Of a stretch of DNA of 58,673 bases, positions 45,201 through 53,325 are shown in pieces (within the stretch, counting starts at the first letter, position 1; each line of letters opens with the position of its first letter). Both the position numbers and the translations under genes were made by a program. Where the stretch lies: the NCBI GenBank assembly GCA_017399105.1, contig JAFQEJ010000018.1:1-58673 (forward strand), written 5' to 3'. The stretch comes from Clostridia bacterium (lineage in GTDB: Bacteria; Bacillota; Clostridia; Oscillospirales; CAG-272). The notes beneath the pieces are model-generated. The model searched no databases, had not been told where the DNA came from, and saw only the letters and a list, made by a program, of their open reading frames with translations.

Positions 45201-45971
45201 GATACCGCAAGACTCGAGCAGATGAGCGGCGGTCTGACTGCAGGAATGTACGACAGCTACAAGTCACTGAAATTTGCCGAGGGGGACTACTTCGAGATCA
45301 TTCATCTGGGCGATCTGAACAAGCCCTTTTACTGGCATGTTACCATCACCGAAAGTGAAGTCCCCGGACTTCCGGCGGGCGATTATGTGTTCCGTCTTGA
45401 TGAGGGCATCAGAGGTGTCACTCTGAATCGGGAAAATGCACAGTCTGTCGAGATTCACAATTACGGTGTGAGAAGCGATCTGCTCACATGGCTCGGTACC
45501 TGCGGCATGTATGAAATCCCCGATTGGGGAGATTGGGACGCGGCGGTTACCGAGGGACGGCTGGATGAAAGCATTTATGCGGTTGCCTTCGACTATCTCT
45601 CCTGCCGCTACGGATCTATGACCGCAGAGCAGATCAATGACTACGGTTACCGTGCTTTCGGTATCGATGAGCTGTTCTCACATCTTGGGCTGGATGAGAA
45701 TTCCTACGAATATGTCAATGGCAAATACGGTGTGGCAGGGCATGGCGGCGAGATCTGGAGCTATGACATTGTGGACTGTAATTTTGTCGGCGAGTCGGCA
45801 GCGGTCACGGTGCAGTTCTGGGCAGATTGGTCGAAAACAATTCCGTCTCACAGGATCACCTACCGCTTCGGTATTGATGTTCCAGAGGACGGTGGACTTC
45901 CCGTCAACAGTATCGTCGGCATCACCTATGAGAACAGAGGCGCATACGAACCGGCACATACTGCAGTATAA
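42273..45971 (+). CDS. BlaR1/MecR1-like M56 zinc-metallopeptidase sensor with an ~830-aa extracytoplasmic C-terminal domain of unknown function (1232 aa)
   Basis: N-terminal transmembrane helices, the HExxH motif HELVHYRRGD, and the WFNPL/CDERVLA blocks typical of M56. A Pro-rich insertion sits between the first transmembrane helices. After the last TM, the ~830-aa C-terminus has no recognisable domain. Confidence 0.75.
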   Translation: MEFLAESMLNITLSMSVIILLMLIFSRIAAKKLTARCRYLLWCLVILRLAIPAVGLRALPPLFTVTLPETVIVEEDIAETLPELNEPPYSVMPQQPFEGSAQDIIAAPPSEDIPNIPNYTQNITPDTTQGMPGEIITPIIPETLPVTMPAPEESNITLDLTVVLRIVMHLWAVIALGSFAFRMLSYLHFVLRMKKDNTVCTDERIHEIYDSLCTKNSIRRRPRLCMNDGVTSPMVYGYFKPIIILPSDIKDEFALRGILFHELVHYRRGDLYMKLIAQLALSLHWFNPLVYIASDRLAQTAELACDERVLAACSMSDRVDYGNVMLDIIKQSSEERITSSSMSTHFNPRTDAVKERFRNILDMRPKNFALWLVVLLMIACIVTGTLVACSFSGDADGEQNSEGKDAVTTEADTESEETESAETVTNIPETGDDRLPPDVFPVTGIDSAVILTGYYNLSEKALAQLSASSEHANKELENMILIGLMVSEDDEVLAVYKTLGGDSNRYAAYTGGEQFYLKDAYPGINTIVPTQEMAVGWGINATLICDSQQILMDEAGDGNFFFEQGWLFQKRHYQGTIHTFRLPISEAYVPDLEIQRSERVFTHNWQEAMMTLIPGGDIGGDENCLYVFITYDMAQTWYVTALPAPGVCVRGSANYDEYGNLHVYAIGEGNSDYNRYFSYNGGFRFVMVDDMYLGEGTAVEVKTPNEHYSASVNGFAYATLYDMMKQGYPFPAHGDASEEYILVGPGPAGGESVILKPGDALYDDVSALLYRRSMRIYISDEWQYPIAVASGNSPTMGQFALRWNPGNASGAGWNTYDIMSGDGAGYKKITFCEQGAIITFDTNHRSVEGGTATSLYRILCDLTERGEGVRSDELEVYRDELRARVMLLVDGVELPIRLTFAAEDKSAILVQTDTPIKYDNILSYMQIIIGDTYSRFDTIDELIAAQNEETWQEFYEYALMVPYVWHIDYLTAIKSGDTARLEQMSGGLTAGMYDSYKSLKFAEGDYFEIIHLGDLNKPFYWHVTITESEVPGLPAGDYVFRLDEGIRGVTLNRENAQSVEIHNYGVRSDLLTWLGTCGMYEIPDWGDWDAAVTEGRLDESIYAVAFDYLSCRYGSMTAEQINDYGYRAFGIDELFSHLGLDENSYEYVNGKYGVAGHGGEIWSYDIVDCNFVGESAAVTVQFWADWSKTIPSHRITYRFGIDVPEDGGLPVNSIVGITYENRGAYEPAHTAV

Positions 45972-45978
45972 TATTAAA

Positions 45979-46024
45979 GGGACTGACATAAACTTCCGAA
46001 ACGTCAGTCCCTCGTATTATTTTG
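45979..46024. terminator. Bidirectional terminator between blaR1-like 1 and mntP
   Basis: GGGACTGAC-15nt-GTCAGTCCC with T-rich flanks. Confidence 0.7.
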
Positions 46025-46028
46025 GTTA

Positions 46029-46610
46029 TCAAATGAAGCTCTTTACGAAAATCTGCACCCCGATGATGATGAGTATCACACCGCCGAAGATGGAAGCCTT
46101 GCCTGTCAGTTTGGTACCGACTGTTTTTCCGATGACAACACCGGCAAGGCAGATGAAGAAGGTGAGCGCCGCAATGATACCGGCACAAACCAGAGCCATG
46201 GTTTTATTATAATCGGCAATGGTGAAGCCTACCGACAACGCATCGATGGAGGTTGCCACGCCCTGTACGAGAAGCGCGCCCAATGTAAGGCTTTGACGCT
46301 CGCCTGTTTCATCGCCTCCTTTGATGCCTTCAATGAGCATTTTTCCGCCGATATAAAGGAGCAGAATCAACGCAATCCAGGGAATGAAACGGTTGAAAGC
46401 ATTAAACTGATTGGAAATGGTGTGAACACAGATCCAGCCGATCATGGGCATCAGCGCCTGAAAGAAGGCGAAGACTCCGGCGATCTGACACATCCTGCCG
46501 CGCCTCATCTGCGGTTCGTTGAGTCCGTTTGCCAATGACACAGAAAAGGCATCCATGGCAAGTCCGATACCAAGCATGAAGGATACAATAAAGAAATCAA
46601 AATTCCACAT
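46029..46610 (-). CDS. mntP: Manganese efflux pump MntP (DUF204)
   Basis: About 193-aa 6-TM protein with the duplicated DAFSVS / DALSVG motif. The likely start is MWNF at 46610, with GGAG 8 nt upstream. Confidence 0.85.
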   Translation of the reverse strand: MWNFDFFIVSFMLGIGLAMDAFSVSLANGLNEPQMRRGRMCQIAGVFAFFQALMPMIGWICVHTISNQFNAFNRFIPWIALILLLYIGGKMLIEGIKGGDETGERQSLTLGALLVQGVATSIDALSVGFTIADYNKTMALVCAGIIAALTFFICLAGVVIGKTVGTKLTGKASIFGGVILIIIGVQIFVKSFI

Positions 46611-46630
46611 GATATACTCCAAAATGTAAT

Positions 46631-46800
46631 AAAAAATCTCCGTCTGAGCACACAGGCGCAGGTCGGAGACACAAATGGGCAGACTTCATGCGCGGCATGC
46701 ACATGAGTCTCGTAAATGAAAGCAAGCCAGGATCTTGTCCAGTACGTTGACTTACTGCGCACCGAAGAACGGTACGCCTACTACTCCCTCAATTTGACTG
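46631..46800 (-). ncRNA. Probable yybP-ykoY (Mn2+) riboswitch with a terminator expression platform in the mntP leader
   Basis: The minus-strand leader contains the hallmark GGGAGUAG, followed by the helix GCGUACC-guucuucg-GGUGCGC and then ...UUUACGAGACUC... The intrinsic terminator UCUCCG-N21-CGGAGAUUUUUUAUU (46631-46670) lies just before the mntP RBS. This family classically controls mntP. Confidence 0.6.
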
Positions 46801-46805
46801 CAGCT

Positions 46806-46834
46806 ATTATAACACAAACGGGGAGGCTTGTCAA
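46806..46834 (-). promoter_or_regulatory. Perfect consensus promoter TTGACA-17-TATAAT driving the mntP leader
   Basis: Minus-strand sequence ctaTTGACAagcctccccgtttgtgtTATAATagc. Confidence 0.6.
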
Positions 46835-46850
46835 TAGCGAAAGAAGATGA

Positions 46851-46890
46851 AAAAAGGCAGATCGAGGAGATATACTGCCTGCGAGCTGCC
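46851..46890 (-). terminator. Terminator after the serpin gene
   Basis: On the minus strand: GGCAG..AGGCAG-uauaucuccucgau-CUGCCUUUUUUC. Confidence 0.55.
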
Positions 46891-46898
46891 TTAATCAT

Positions 46899-48167
46899 TC
46901 AGTTGATCTGCGAAACAGCGCCCATGAAAATCGGTACGCCCAGCTCACAGTCGAAGATGATGTAAAGGTAGGGGCGGTCGAGTATGACCAACTTGGTTTC
47001 ATCTTCGCTTGGAACAGCGGATGTGGGGGCGGCGATGACAGCGGTAGCGGCTCCCGCTTCGGTTCCTTTGCCGTCTACCTTGATGTAGGTTTTATGGAGC
47101 ACACTGCTCACATAAAGGGGAGAGCCCGCATAGCTTCCCATGGCGCTGAGGTCACATTCCGCACCGAAGAGGTCGGTGATACCCGCCATCTTCAGTATAT
47201 CGTTCAGTGATACCGAATATTCCTGCTCAAATTTAGGCATGCCTGCCTCTACCTTTACCGAAATGGGATTTTTGAGCATCTCGGTCAGTTTTTCGTCGGT
47301 CAGCATGGCGGCATAATCGGCAAGGCTCATACCTTCCTCGGGAAGCAATGCTGCAAAGGCGTATTTTCGGTCTTTGTAATATTTAATGAAGCCAACAGCA
47401 TGCTCGTCCTCCAGATAGGCTCGCTCGGTAGAATACATCATTGAAGCCTCCTGCACCTCGCCTGATGCGGTGGTGAAGCTTCGGGGACGGATGCTGTACT
47501 CGTTGTAGGGCGATTGCCATTCTGCATCAAAGGAGAGGGCATTGATGAGACAAACTACCTCATCGCCGCTGAATCGGTCAATCATTTTAGCGATGCGATC
47601 CTTTGTATTTTCCTTTACCCATGCATTGATGTCGGCGACTGTAGATTGATCGAAGGGCGCTTTAAATAATCCCGCACCGTAGTAACTTTCCCCGACGGCA
47701 TCGAGGAAGGATTCTTTGATTTCAAGCTTGCCGTCATCCTTCATCCAGATGGAATTCGCTGTATGCAGAACCTCATCCTCGCCCTGCATGTAGTGTGATA
47801 TCAGATCATTCAGCTGGGCGGTGCTCATACCGAAAGCGGCTTCAAGCTGTGCGAGAGTGTCACCGGCTGCTCCGTTGGCGGTCATACCAAGGGCTGCAAG
47901 AATGGAGAGCGGAGAGATGCATACCGAATCCTCTTCGTCAAGTGCCTGTCTGAGCAGCGTAAGCGAAAAGCCAACCGCAGTTGCTTCGGGGAGCGATTGA
48001 TTTTTCGCGGAGGACTTTTTTTGCGAAAGCAGATTGACAGCTTTAATCGGCTCTGCGATATGATCGGGAAGATCGGTTTCTTCCAGCTCGGAACTGTTCA
48101 AATAACAGCCGGAGAGAGAGGCAGTGATCATTCCCACAAGTAATAGCATGGAAATCAGACGTTTCAT
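46899..48167 (-). CDS. Serpin-family serine protease inhibitor, lipoprotein
   Basis: Lipobox SLSGCYLN; a serpin-like reactive-centre-loop hinge GTEAGAATAVIAAPTS; the C-terminal block PFIFLIR-like (RPYLYIIFDCELGVPIFMG). GGAG sits 8 nt before the ATG. Confidence 0.8.
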   Translation of the reverse strand: MKRLISMLLLVGMITASLSGCYLNSSELEETDLPDHIAEPIKAVNLLSQKKSSAKNQSLPEATAVGFSLTLLRQALDEEDSVCISPLSILAALGMTANGAAGDTLAQLEAAFGMSTAQLNDLISHYMQGEDEVLHTANSIWMKDDGKLEIKESFLDAVGESYYGAGLFKAPFDQSTVADINAWVKENTKDRIAKMIDRFSGDEVVCLINALSFDAEWQSPYNEYSIRPRSFTTASGEVQEASMMYSTERAYLEDEHAVGFIKYYKDRKYAFAALLPEEGMSLADYAAMLTDEKLTEMLKNPISVKVEAGMPKFEQEYSVSLNDILKMAGITDLFGAECDLSAMGSYAGSPLYVSSVLHKTYIKVDGKGTEAGAATAVIAAPTSAVPSEDETKLVILDRPYLYIIFDCELGVPIFMGAVSQIN

Positions 48168-48204
48168 AACAAAGTCTCCTGTTCGTTTACCGATATGACG
48201 TTAA

Positions 48205-48250
48205 AAAGCAAAAAAAGTTTCGCTGTCTACGGAAAATTTCGCAGACAGCG
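48205..48250 (-). terminator. Terminator after blaR1-like 2
   Basis: On the minus strand: CGCUGUCUGCG-aaauuuuc-CGUAGACAGCG followed by AAACUUUUUUUGCUUUUU. Confidence 0.65.
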
Positions 48251-48256
48251 ATGTTT

Positions 48257-50563
48257 TTAATTAGCGGCGGGAACCTCCTGTACAGGTCTTGTGATGACCG
48301 CACCTCCTATTTCAGAGTTTGACTGCATGATGCAATCATCTGATATCATATAGGCGGAGTAGATTTTGCCAATACCTGTACGGATTTCTCCGGTATCGCG
48401 GATGTAGATGCTGCCCGAGGCAACGTATTCGCCATTTTTTACCGCAGTATAGGTGAGCATGCTGCCCGAAACCGAAGCGACCTCTCCATAATTGAACGGA
48501 TACCACTTTGCGGAGGTGTCATCTATGGTCATCTGAGCGACCTGATGCTTTGGTCCGATGGCATCCTGTCCCATATTGCCAAGGGTGCAGGAGACCGACA
48601 GCTCATCGTAATCAAAGTCGAATTTGAAGCGGAAGAAGGGCGATTTTGCACTGATGTTGGGGGCATATTCCCAATAAACCTTATCCACCGTCGCTTCGGG
48701 GATGAGAGAGTAGATATCCCAGATCATCTGCTTTTCATCCTGACCGTTGAAACGTACAATCCACATGCTGCCGTTGATCTCCCACAGACTGAAGTTGTCG
48801 TTCAGGCGCATCTCGAATTTTTTGCTGTAGAAATCGAGATTAAGATGATTTCCGAGACTGCCTGTAAGAAGCTGATCAAGCTCACTTTCGCTGTAGGGCC
48901 AGGGCGACCATACTCCGCTCATTTCACCGGCAGCAACAATTTCGCCGCTGCTGTGCATAATCTCAAATGTATCTGCCGAAAAATAGTAGAGCATTCCCGA
49001 ATCTCCGGTTGAGAGTGTGGAGCTGAGCGGTGTCATATAGATGCACTGATCAGAGATGTAGCCAACCGGTTCGTCACTTTGCAGATAAGCCTCCGAGCGT
49101 CCCTCAAGCTCGAACATCCAGCGGATGATATTTTCACGCTCGTTGTCAGAAGAATTGTAACCGTAAGCAAGATACAGCTTTCCGCCTTCTGCTTGGATGA
49201 GGTAATAGCAGACATCGTTATCCGGATTGATATCCTCCACATAGTTTGCCCAATTAACCTGCGAGCGCAGGGCTGCGGGATCGAAATTCTTATAATTATA
49301 TTCGTCGAGCATGAGAAACATGTCATCGAAATTTTCTTCGGTGAGCGTCATCTCGGCAAGCTCACCGCACTCGAGCCAATCACCGTAGACGCCGCCTTCC
49401 TGAAGATGACGCGTATAGAGCTTTCCGCCGTCAAGCATGAATTCGGGTGCATTTTCGGTGGTAACCGTGAAGGAATACATGGGCGCATCATAAAGAACGT
49501 CTCTAACATGGTAATATAGTCCGTCGCGGTTGAGTATAACAGAATCAGAGGTTTTATCCTTCTTTGGATTGGCCGCACAGGCGATGATTGCTGCAGCACA
49601 GAGCAGAATCGCAATCGCGGTTACCCATAATGTCGGCTTTTTCCAGCTCAGAATGTTTTTGATGCGTACCTTCACCGCACTCTCTCCGAAGGCAAGGGGA
49701 GCAGGGGCAGGGAAGCGCTTATTGGCTGCAAAGGAGAGAAGCGTGATACCGTATGCCTTGCGGATGCTTTCATCCTGTGCCAGAACACGCTCGTCACAGC
49801 TCATCTCCATATCTCTTGACATCAGTATGAAGGCAAGCCAGCAGAGGGGATTGAACCAGTGCAGAACGAGAATGAGGTAGGCAAGGGGCTTGATGATGTG
49901 GTCGCACCGTTTGATATGGATGCGCTCATGGGTGAGCACATAATGGCGGGCATCATCGTCAAGTCCATAGGGGAGATAGATGCGCGGTTTTATGATGCCG
50001 AGCACAAAGGGGGAGCGAACTTCTTCGGAGCAATAGATGCGATCTTCGATCTTCACTGCTTTTTGCAGCTTCACCAGAAGCAGAATGAGGCTGACGATCG
50101 AATAGATCACCAGTGCCGCCATACCGCATATCCAGAAGAAGGTGAGGATATACATCCAAATCTGCAGGGGATTGGCACTGTACATGGGAGTAGCTGCAGG
50201 GAGTGATCCGGAGATTGCAGAATTGAGGTAGGGAATCCCCACCGTTACCTCTGGTTCTGCCATGAGACCGATATTTTCTGGAATGTAGGTGAGCGTGCCC
50301 GGCGCAATTTCCTGTGCCGCTGACATGTCGAAGGGCTTCAGAGAAAAGAGACTGAACAACGATTCAAAGGAAACAGGACATACTAGACGGAAGGCTGCAG
50401 CACTCCAAAGCAGATATGACCAGCGTTTGGGGGCTTTCTTCAAAAGAAGACGGATGAGCATAACTGCGAGAATCACATAGCTTCCCGTGATGCTCATGTT
50501 TAGAATCTGTCGGAAGATCGGTTCGCTCTCTTCGACTAATATCAGGATCGGTTCAATCATCAT
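48257..50563 (-). CDS. BlaR1/MecR1-like M56 zinc-metallopeptidase sensor with a ~430-aa extracytoplasmic C-terminal domain (768 aa)
   Basis: HERIHIKRCDH (HExxH), and the HWFNPLCW and CDERVLA blocks. After the last TM (TLWVTAIAILLCAAAIIACAANP) a hydrophilic domain follows that is unrelated to that of copy 1. It overlaps the blaI-like gene by 11 nt. Confidence 0.75.
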   Translation of the reverse strand: MMIEPILILVEESEPIFRQILNMSITGSYVILAVMLIRLLLKKAPKRWSYLLWSAAAFRLVCPVSFESLFSLFSLKPFDMSAAQEIAPGTLTYIPENIGLMAEPEVTVGIPYLNSAISGSLPAATPMYSANPLQIWMYILTFFWICGMAALVIYSIVSLILLLVKLQKAVKIEDRIYCSEEVRSPFVLGIIKPRIYLPYGLDDDARHYVLTHERIHIKRCDHIIKPLAYLILVLHWFNPLCWLAFILMSRDMEMSCDERVLAQDESIRKAYGITLLSFAANKRFPAPAPLAFGESAVKVRIKNILSWKKPTLWVTAIAILLCAAAIIACAANPKKDKTSDSVILNRDGLYYHVRDVLYDAPMYSFTVTTENAPEFMLDGGKLYTRHLQEGGVYGDWLECGELAEMTLTEENFDDMFLMLDEYNYKNFDPAALRSQVNWANYVEDINPDNDVCYYLIQAEGGKLYLAYGYNSSDNERENIIRWMFELEGRSEAYLQSDEPVGYISDQCIYMTPLSSTLSTGDSGMLYYFSADTFEIMHSSGEIVAAGEMSGVWSPWPYSESELDQLLTGSLGNHLNLDFYSKKFEMRLNDNFSLWEINGSMWIVRFNGQDEKQMIWDIYSLIPEATVDKVYWEYAPNISAKSPFFRFKFDFDYDELSVSCTLGNMGQDAIGPKHQVAQMTIDDTSAKWYPFNYGEVASVSGSMLTYTAVKNGEYVASGSIYIRDTGEIRTGIGKIYSAYMISDDCIMQSNSEIGGAVITRPVQEVPAAN

Positions 50564-50923
50564 GCTCCTCCTTATGTTCGTTGATTAGTGCCATCAGCTC
50601 AGCAGCATCTTTGTCCGAGATGGTCTTTCCGCCGAGAAAAGATGCTAAAAATCCCGGCAGTGATCCGCCAAACGCCCTCTCGACGAAGCGCTCGCTCTCA
50701 TATGCCTGTACCTGTTCCTTGGGGATCAGAGAACGTACGATGGTATCTTCGTTGGCGGCGAATCCTTTTTCACACAGCTTTTTCAGTGTGGTGTAGGTAG
50801 TAGATTTCTGCCAGCCGAGCTGATTTTTGCATAACTCCACCAGATGACGGGAGGTAAGAGGTTCAGCCTCCCAAATCACGCACATAAATCGGTAATCGCT
50901 TTCGCAAAGCTTGAGATTTTTCA
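50553..50923 (-). CDS. BlaI/MecI/CopY-family transcriptional repressor (copy 2)
   Basis: The likely start is MKNLKLCESDYRFMCVIW at 50923, with AAGGAGG 6 nt upstream. Winged-helix penicillinase-repressor fold. Confidence 0.8.
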
Positions 50924-51037
50924 TTGGATGCCTCCTTGATTCAGAATGGTTGGTAACTACCGACCATCTATAGTCTATAACCACCGACCGAAATTGTCAA
51001 GGGATATTCCATACAGTTTACATAAAATTCAAAATGA

Positions 51038-51066
51038 TTGACGAAAGTGAAGATTTGTGGTAGAAT
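51038..51066 (+). promoter_or_regulatory. Promoter TTGACG-17-TAGAAT for the thrE-like gene
   Basis: gaTTGACGaaagtgaagatttgtggTAGAATgat. Confidence 0.45.
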
Positions 51067-51099
51067 GATACTATCAATTAACAAAATCAAAGGGGCTAT

Positions 51100-52347
51100 A
51101 TGAACATAGAAGAAATTGTATCCGCTGCTCTCGATATCGGCGAGGAAATGCTGGTTTCGGGTGCTGAGGTGAAGCGTGTGGAAGACTCGGTCAGCCGCAT
51201 CATCAAAGCATACATATACGGCGATGTGGATGTTTTCACCATCACCTCCAGCATCATTGTCACGGTGCGCTCGCCAAAGGACGGAATCCATACTCAATCA
51301 CGGCGAATTCTGAAGCATAAAACCGATCTCGATCGTCTCAGCAGACTCAACAACCTGTCGCGTACCGTTTGCCGTGAGCTTCCGCCGCTGGAAAGCATTG
51401 AGTTTGAGCTTGCTAAAATCAAACGAAACAGACAGTACAGTCGGTTTACAATGTTCTTTATTTATGCACTCGTCGCATCCTCCTTTACCCTCTTTTTCGG
51501 CGGTACCCTTATTGACGGTGGGGTGTCTGCCGCTGTGGCGCTTGTGCTCTGTGCAATGACCGATGTGATGGGACGCTTTGATCTGAACCGGATATTTGTC
51601 AATATGATCTGCTCCTTTGCAGCAGGCGTGCTTTCAATTTTGGCAGTGCATGCAGGCTTAGGGCATAATCTGGATATGATCATTATCGGCAATATCATGC
51701 TGATGATTCCCGGAATTGCATTGACAAATTCAATTCGCGATATGATCAGCGGCGATCTGATGACAGGCATTCTGCGTCTTGTTGAGGCATTATTGTTGGC
51801 TGTTTCGATTGCGCTGGGCTTCTCTCTGGCAATGATTCCACTCGATGCGCTGATTATTTCAGGACGCAATGCCGTGCAGACTAATCTGCTTCAGCTTCTT
51901 TGGGCACTGCTCGGCTCAGTGAGCTTTGCAATGCTTTTCAATGTGCGCGGACGTCATCTTTTGATTTCGTCATTGGGCGGGTTCTTCCTGTGGGCAGTTT
52001 ATCTTCTCTGCGGCAACTTCATTTCCAATGAATATGCCCTCTATTTTATCGCGGCGGCAGCGGCTACGGTATATGCAGAGGTCTTCGCCCGCGTCATGAA
52101 AACTCCCACCACGCTCTTTCTGGTTGTTGCGGTTATTCCTCTGGTTCCGGGCGGCAAGCTTTACTACACCATGGAGCATGCGGTAAATGGCGAGATGGAG
52201 CAATTCTTCTCGGCGGGAGCTGCTACCATGGGATTTACCGTTGCCATCGCGGCGGGGATATTATTTATCTCTTCGGTGATGTCGGTGGCTGCTTCACTGA
52301 ATAAAAAATATAAAATAACACATACTACGAAAAAAACAATGAGGTAA
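51100..52347 (+). CDS. Threonine/serine exporter family protein, fused ThrE (DUF1212 + DUF3815)
   Basis: 415 aa. The N-terminal ~250 aa are YjjP/DUF1212-like (MNIEEIVSAALDIGEEMLVSGAEVKRVEDSV...). C-terminal transmembrane helices are YjjB/DUF3815-like. Confidence 0.7.
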   Translation: MNIEEIVSAALDIGEEMLVSGAEVKRVEDSVSRIIKAYIYGDVDVFTITSSIIVTVRSPKDGIHTQSRRILKHKTDLDRLSRLNNLSRTVCRELPPLESIEFELAKIKRNRQYSRFTMFFIYALVASSFTLFFGGTLIDGGVSAAVALVLCAMTDVMGRFDLNRIFVNMICSFAAGVLSILAVHAGLGHNLDMIIIGNIMLMIPGIALTNSIRDMISGDLMTGILRLVEALLLAVSIALGFSLAMIPLDALIISGRNAVQTNLLQLLWALLGSVSFAMLFNVRGRHLLISSLGGFFLWAVYLLCGNFISNEYALYFIAAAAATVYAEVFARVMKTPTTLFLVVAVIPLVPGGKLYYTMEHAVNGEMEQFFSAGAATMGFTVAIAAGILFISSVMSVAASLNKKYKITHTTKKTMR

Positions 52348-53265
52348 ATGATGAAAATAGGACTTTCCAGCTACAGCATGGACAATCTGATGCAGAGCGG
52401 CGAGATGACCATCCTTGATGTGATGTGCTTTGCCAAGGAAAACGGTGCCGAGCATATTGAGCTTGTCCCCTTCGGTTTTACTCTGGTGGATGATAAAACC
52501 GGTGTGTTTAATGAAGAGCTAATTACAGCTATCAAAGCAAAATCTGCCGAGCTTAGCCTTCCCATCTCCAACTATGCGGTACTGGGCGATCTTCTGAAGC
52601 CCGACCGGGATGCCTATCTTGATGAGGTGGAGCGGCTCAAGCTTCATATCGATGTGGCGGCAAAGCTGGGCATTAAGCAGATGCGCCACGATGTTTCTTC
52701 CTTTCGCCGTCCCCTTGAGACCAATACACAGCTCGACTTTGAGCGCGAATTTCCGCAGATGGTCGAAGCCTGCCGTACCCTTGCCGATTATGCCGCAGAT
52801 TACGGAATCACCACACTGGTGGAGAATCACGGCTTCTTTGTCAACGGCAGTGACCGCGTGATTCGTCTTGTGGAGGAGGTTGACCGCAAAAACTTCCGCA
52901 TGGTGGTGGATACCGGCAATTTCGCCTGCATGGATGAGTGCTGTGAGATTGCGGTGAAAAAGTGTATGCCCTATGCAGATATGATTCATCTGAAGGATTT
53001 TTATATCAGAAAGACCTCATCACTCCCCTCTATCGGAGGTCTCTTCCGATGCGATTCGGGTAACTGGTTCTCTACCGTATCGGGATATTCCATGCTGCGC
53101 GGCTCAATTCTGGCGCAGGGGGATCTGGAAATCGGTGAAATGATCGCGACAATCAAGGAATACGGCTTTGAGGGATATGTTTCCATTGAATTTGAAGGAA
53201 TGGAAGACCCCCGCGCAGGCTCGATTGCCGGACTGCAGGCAGCGCGCTATTATACGGAAAGATGA
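52348..53265 (+). CDS. Sugar phosphate isomerase/epimerase (xylose-isomerase-like TIM barrel)
   Basis: 305 aa with the AP_endonuc_2 pattern (MKIGLSSYS..., conserved E/D/H positions). It starts 1 nt after the thrE stop. Confidence 0.7.
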   Translation: MMKIGLSSYSMDNLMQSGEMTILDVMCFAKENGAEHIELVPFGFTLVDDKTGVFNEELITAIKAKSAELSLPISNYAVLGDLLKPDRDAYLDEVERLKLHIDVAAKLGIKQMRHDVSSFRRPLETNTQLDFEREFPQMVEACRTLADYAADYGITTLVENHGFFVNGSDRVIRLVEEVDRKNFRMVVDTGNFACMDECCEIAVKKCMPYADMIHLKDFYIRKTSSLPSIGGLFRCDSGNWFSTVSGYSMLRGSILAQGDLEIGEMIATIKEYGFEGYVSIEFEGMEDPRAGSIAGLQAARYYTER

Positions 53266-53270
53266 ATTAA

Positions 53271-53312
53271 AAAGTCCGGTACAGGTCACACAAAACCTGT
53301 ACCGGATTTTCT
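53271..53312. terminator. Bidirectional terminator
   Basis: TCCGGTACAGGT-cacacaaa-ACCTGTACCGGA followed by TTTT. Confidence 0.8.
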
Positions 53313-53325
53313 TATATTGGCTTTA

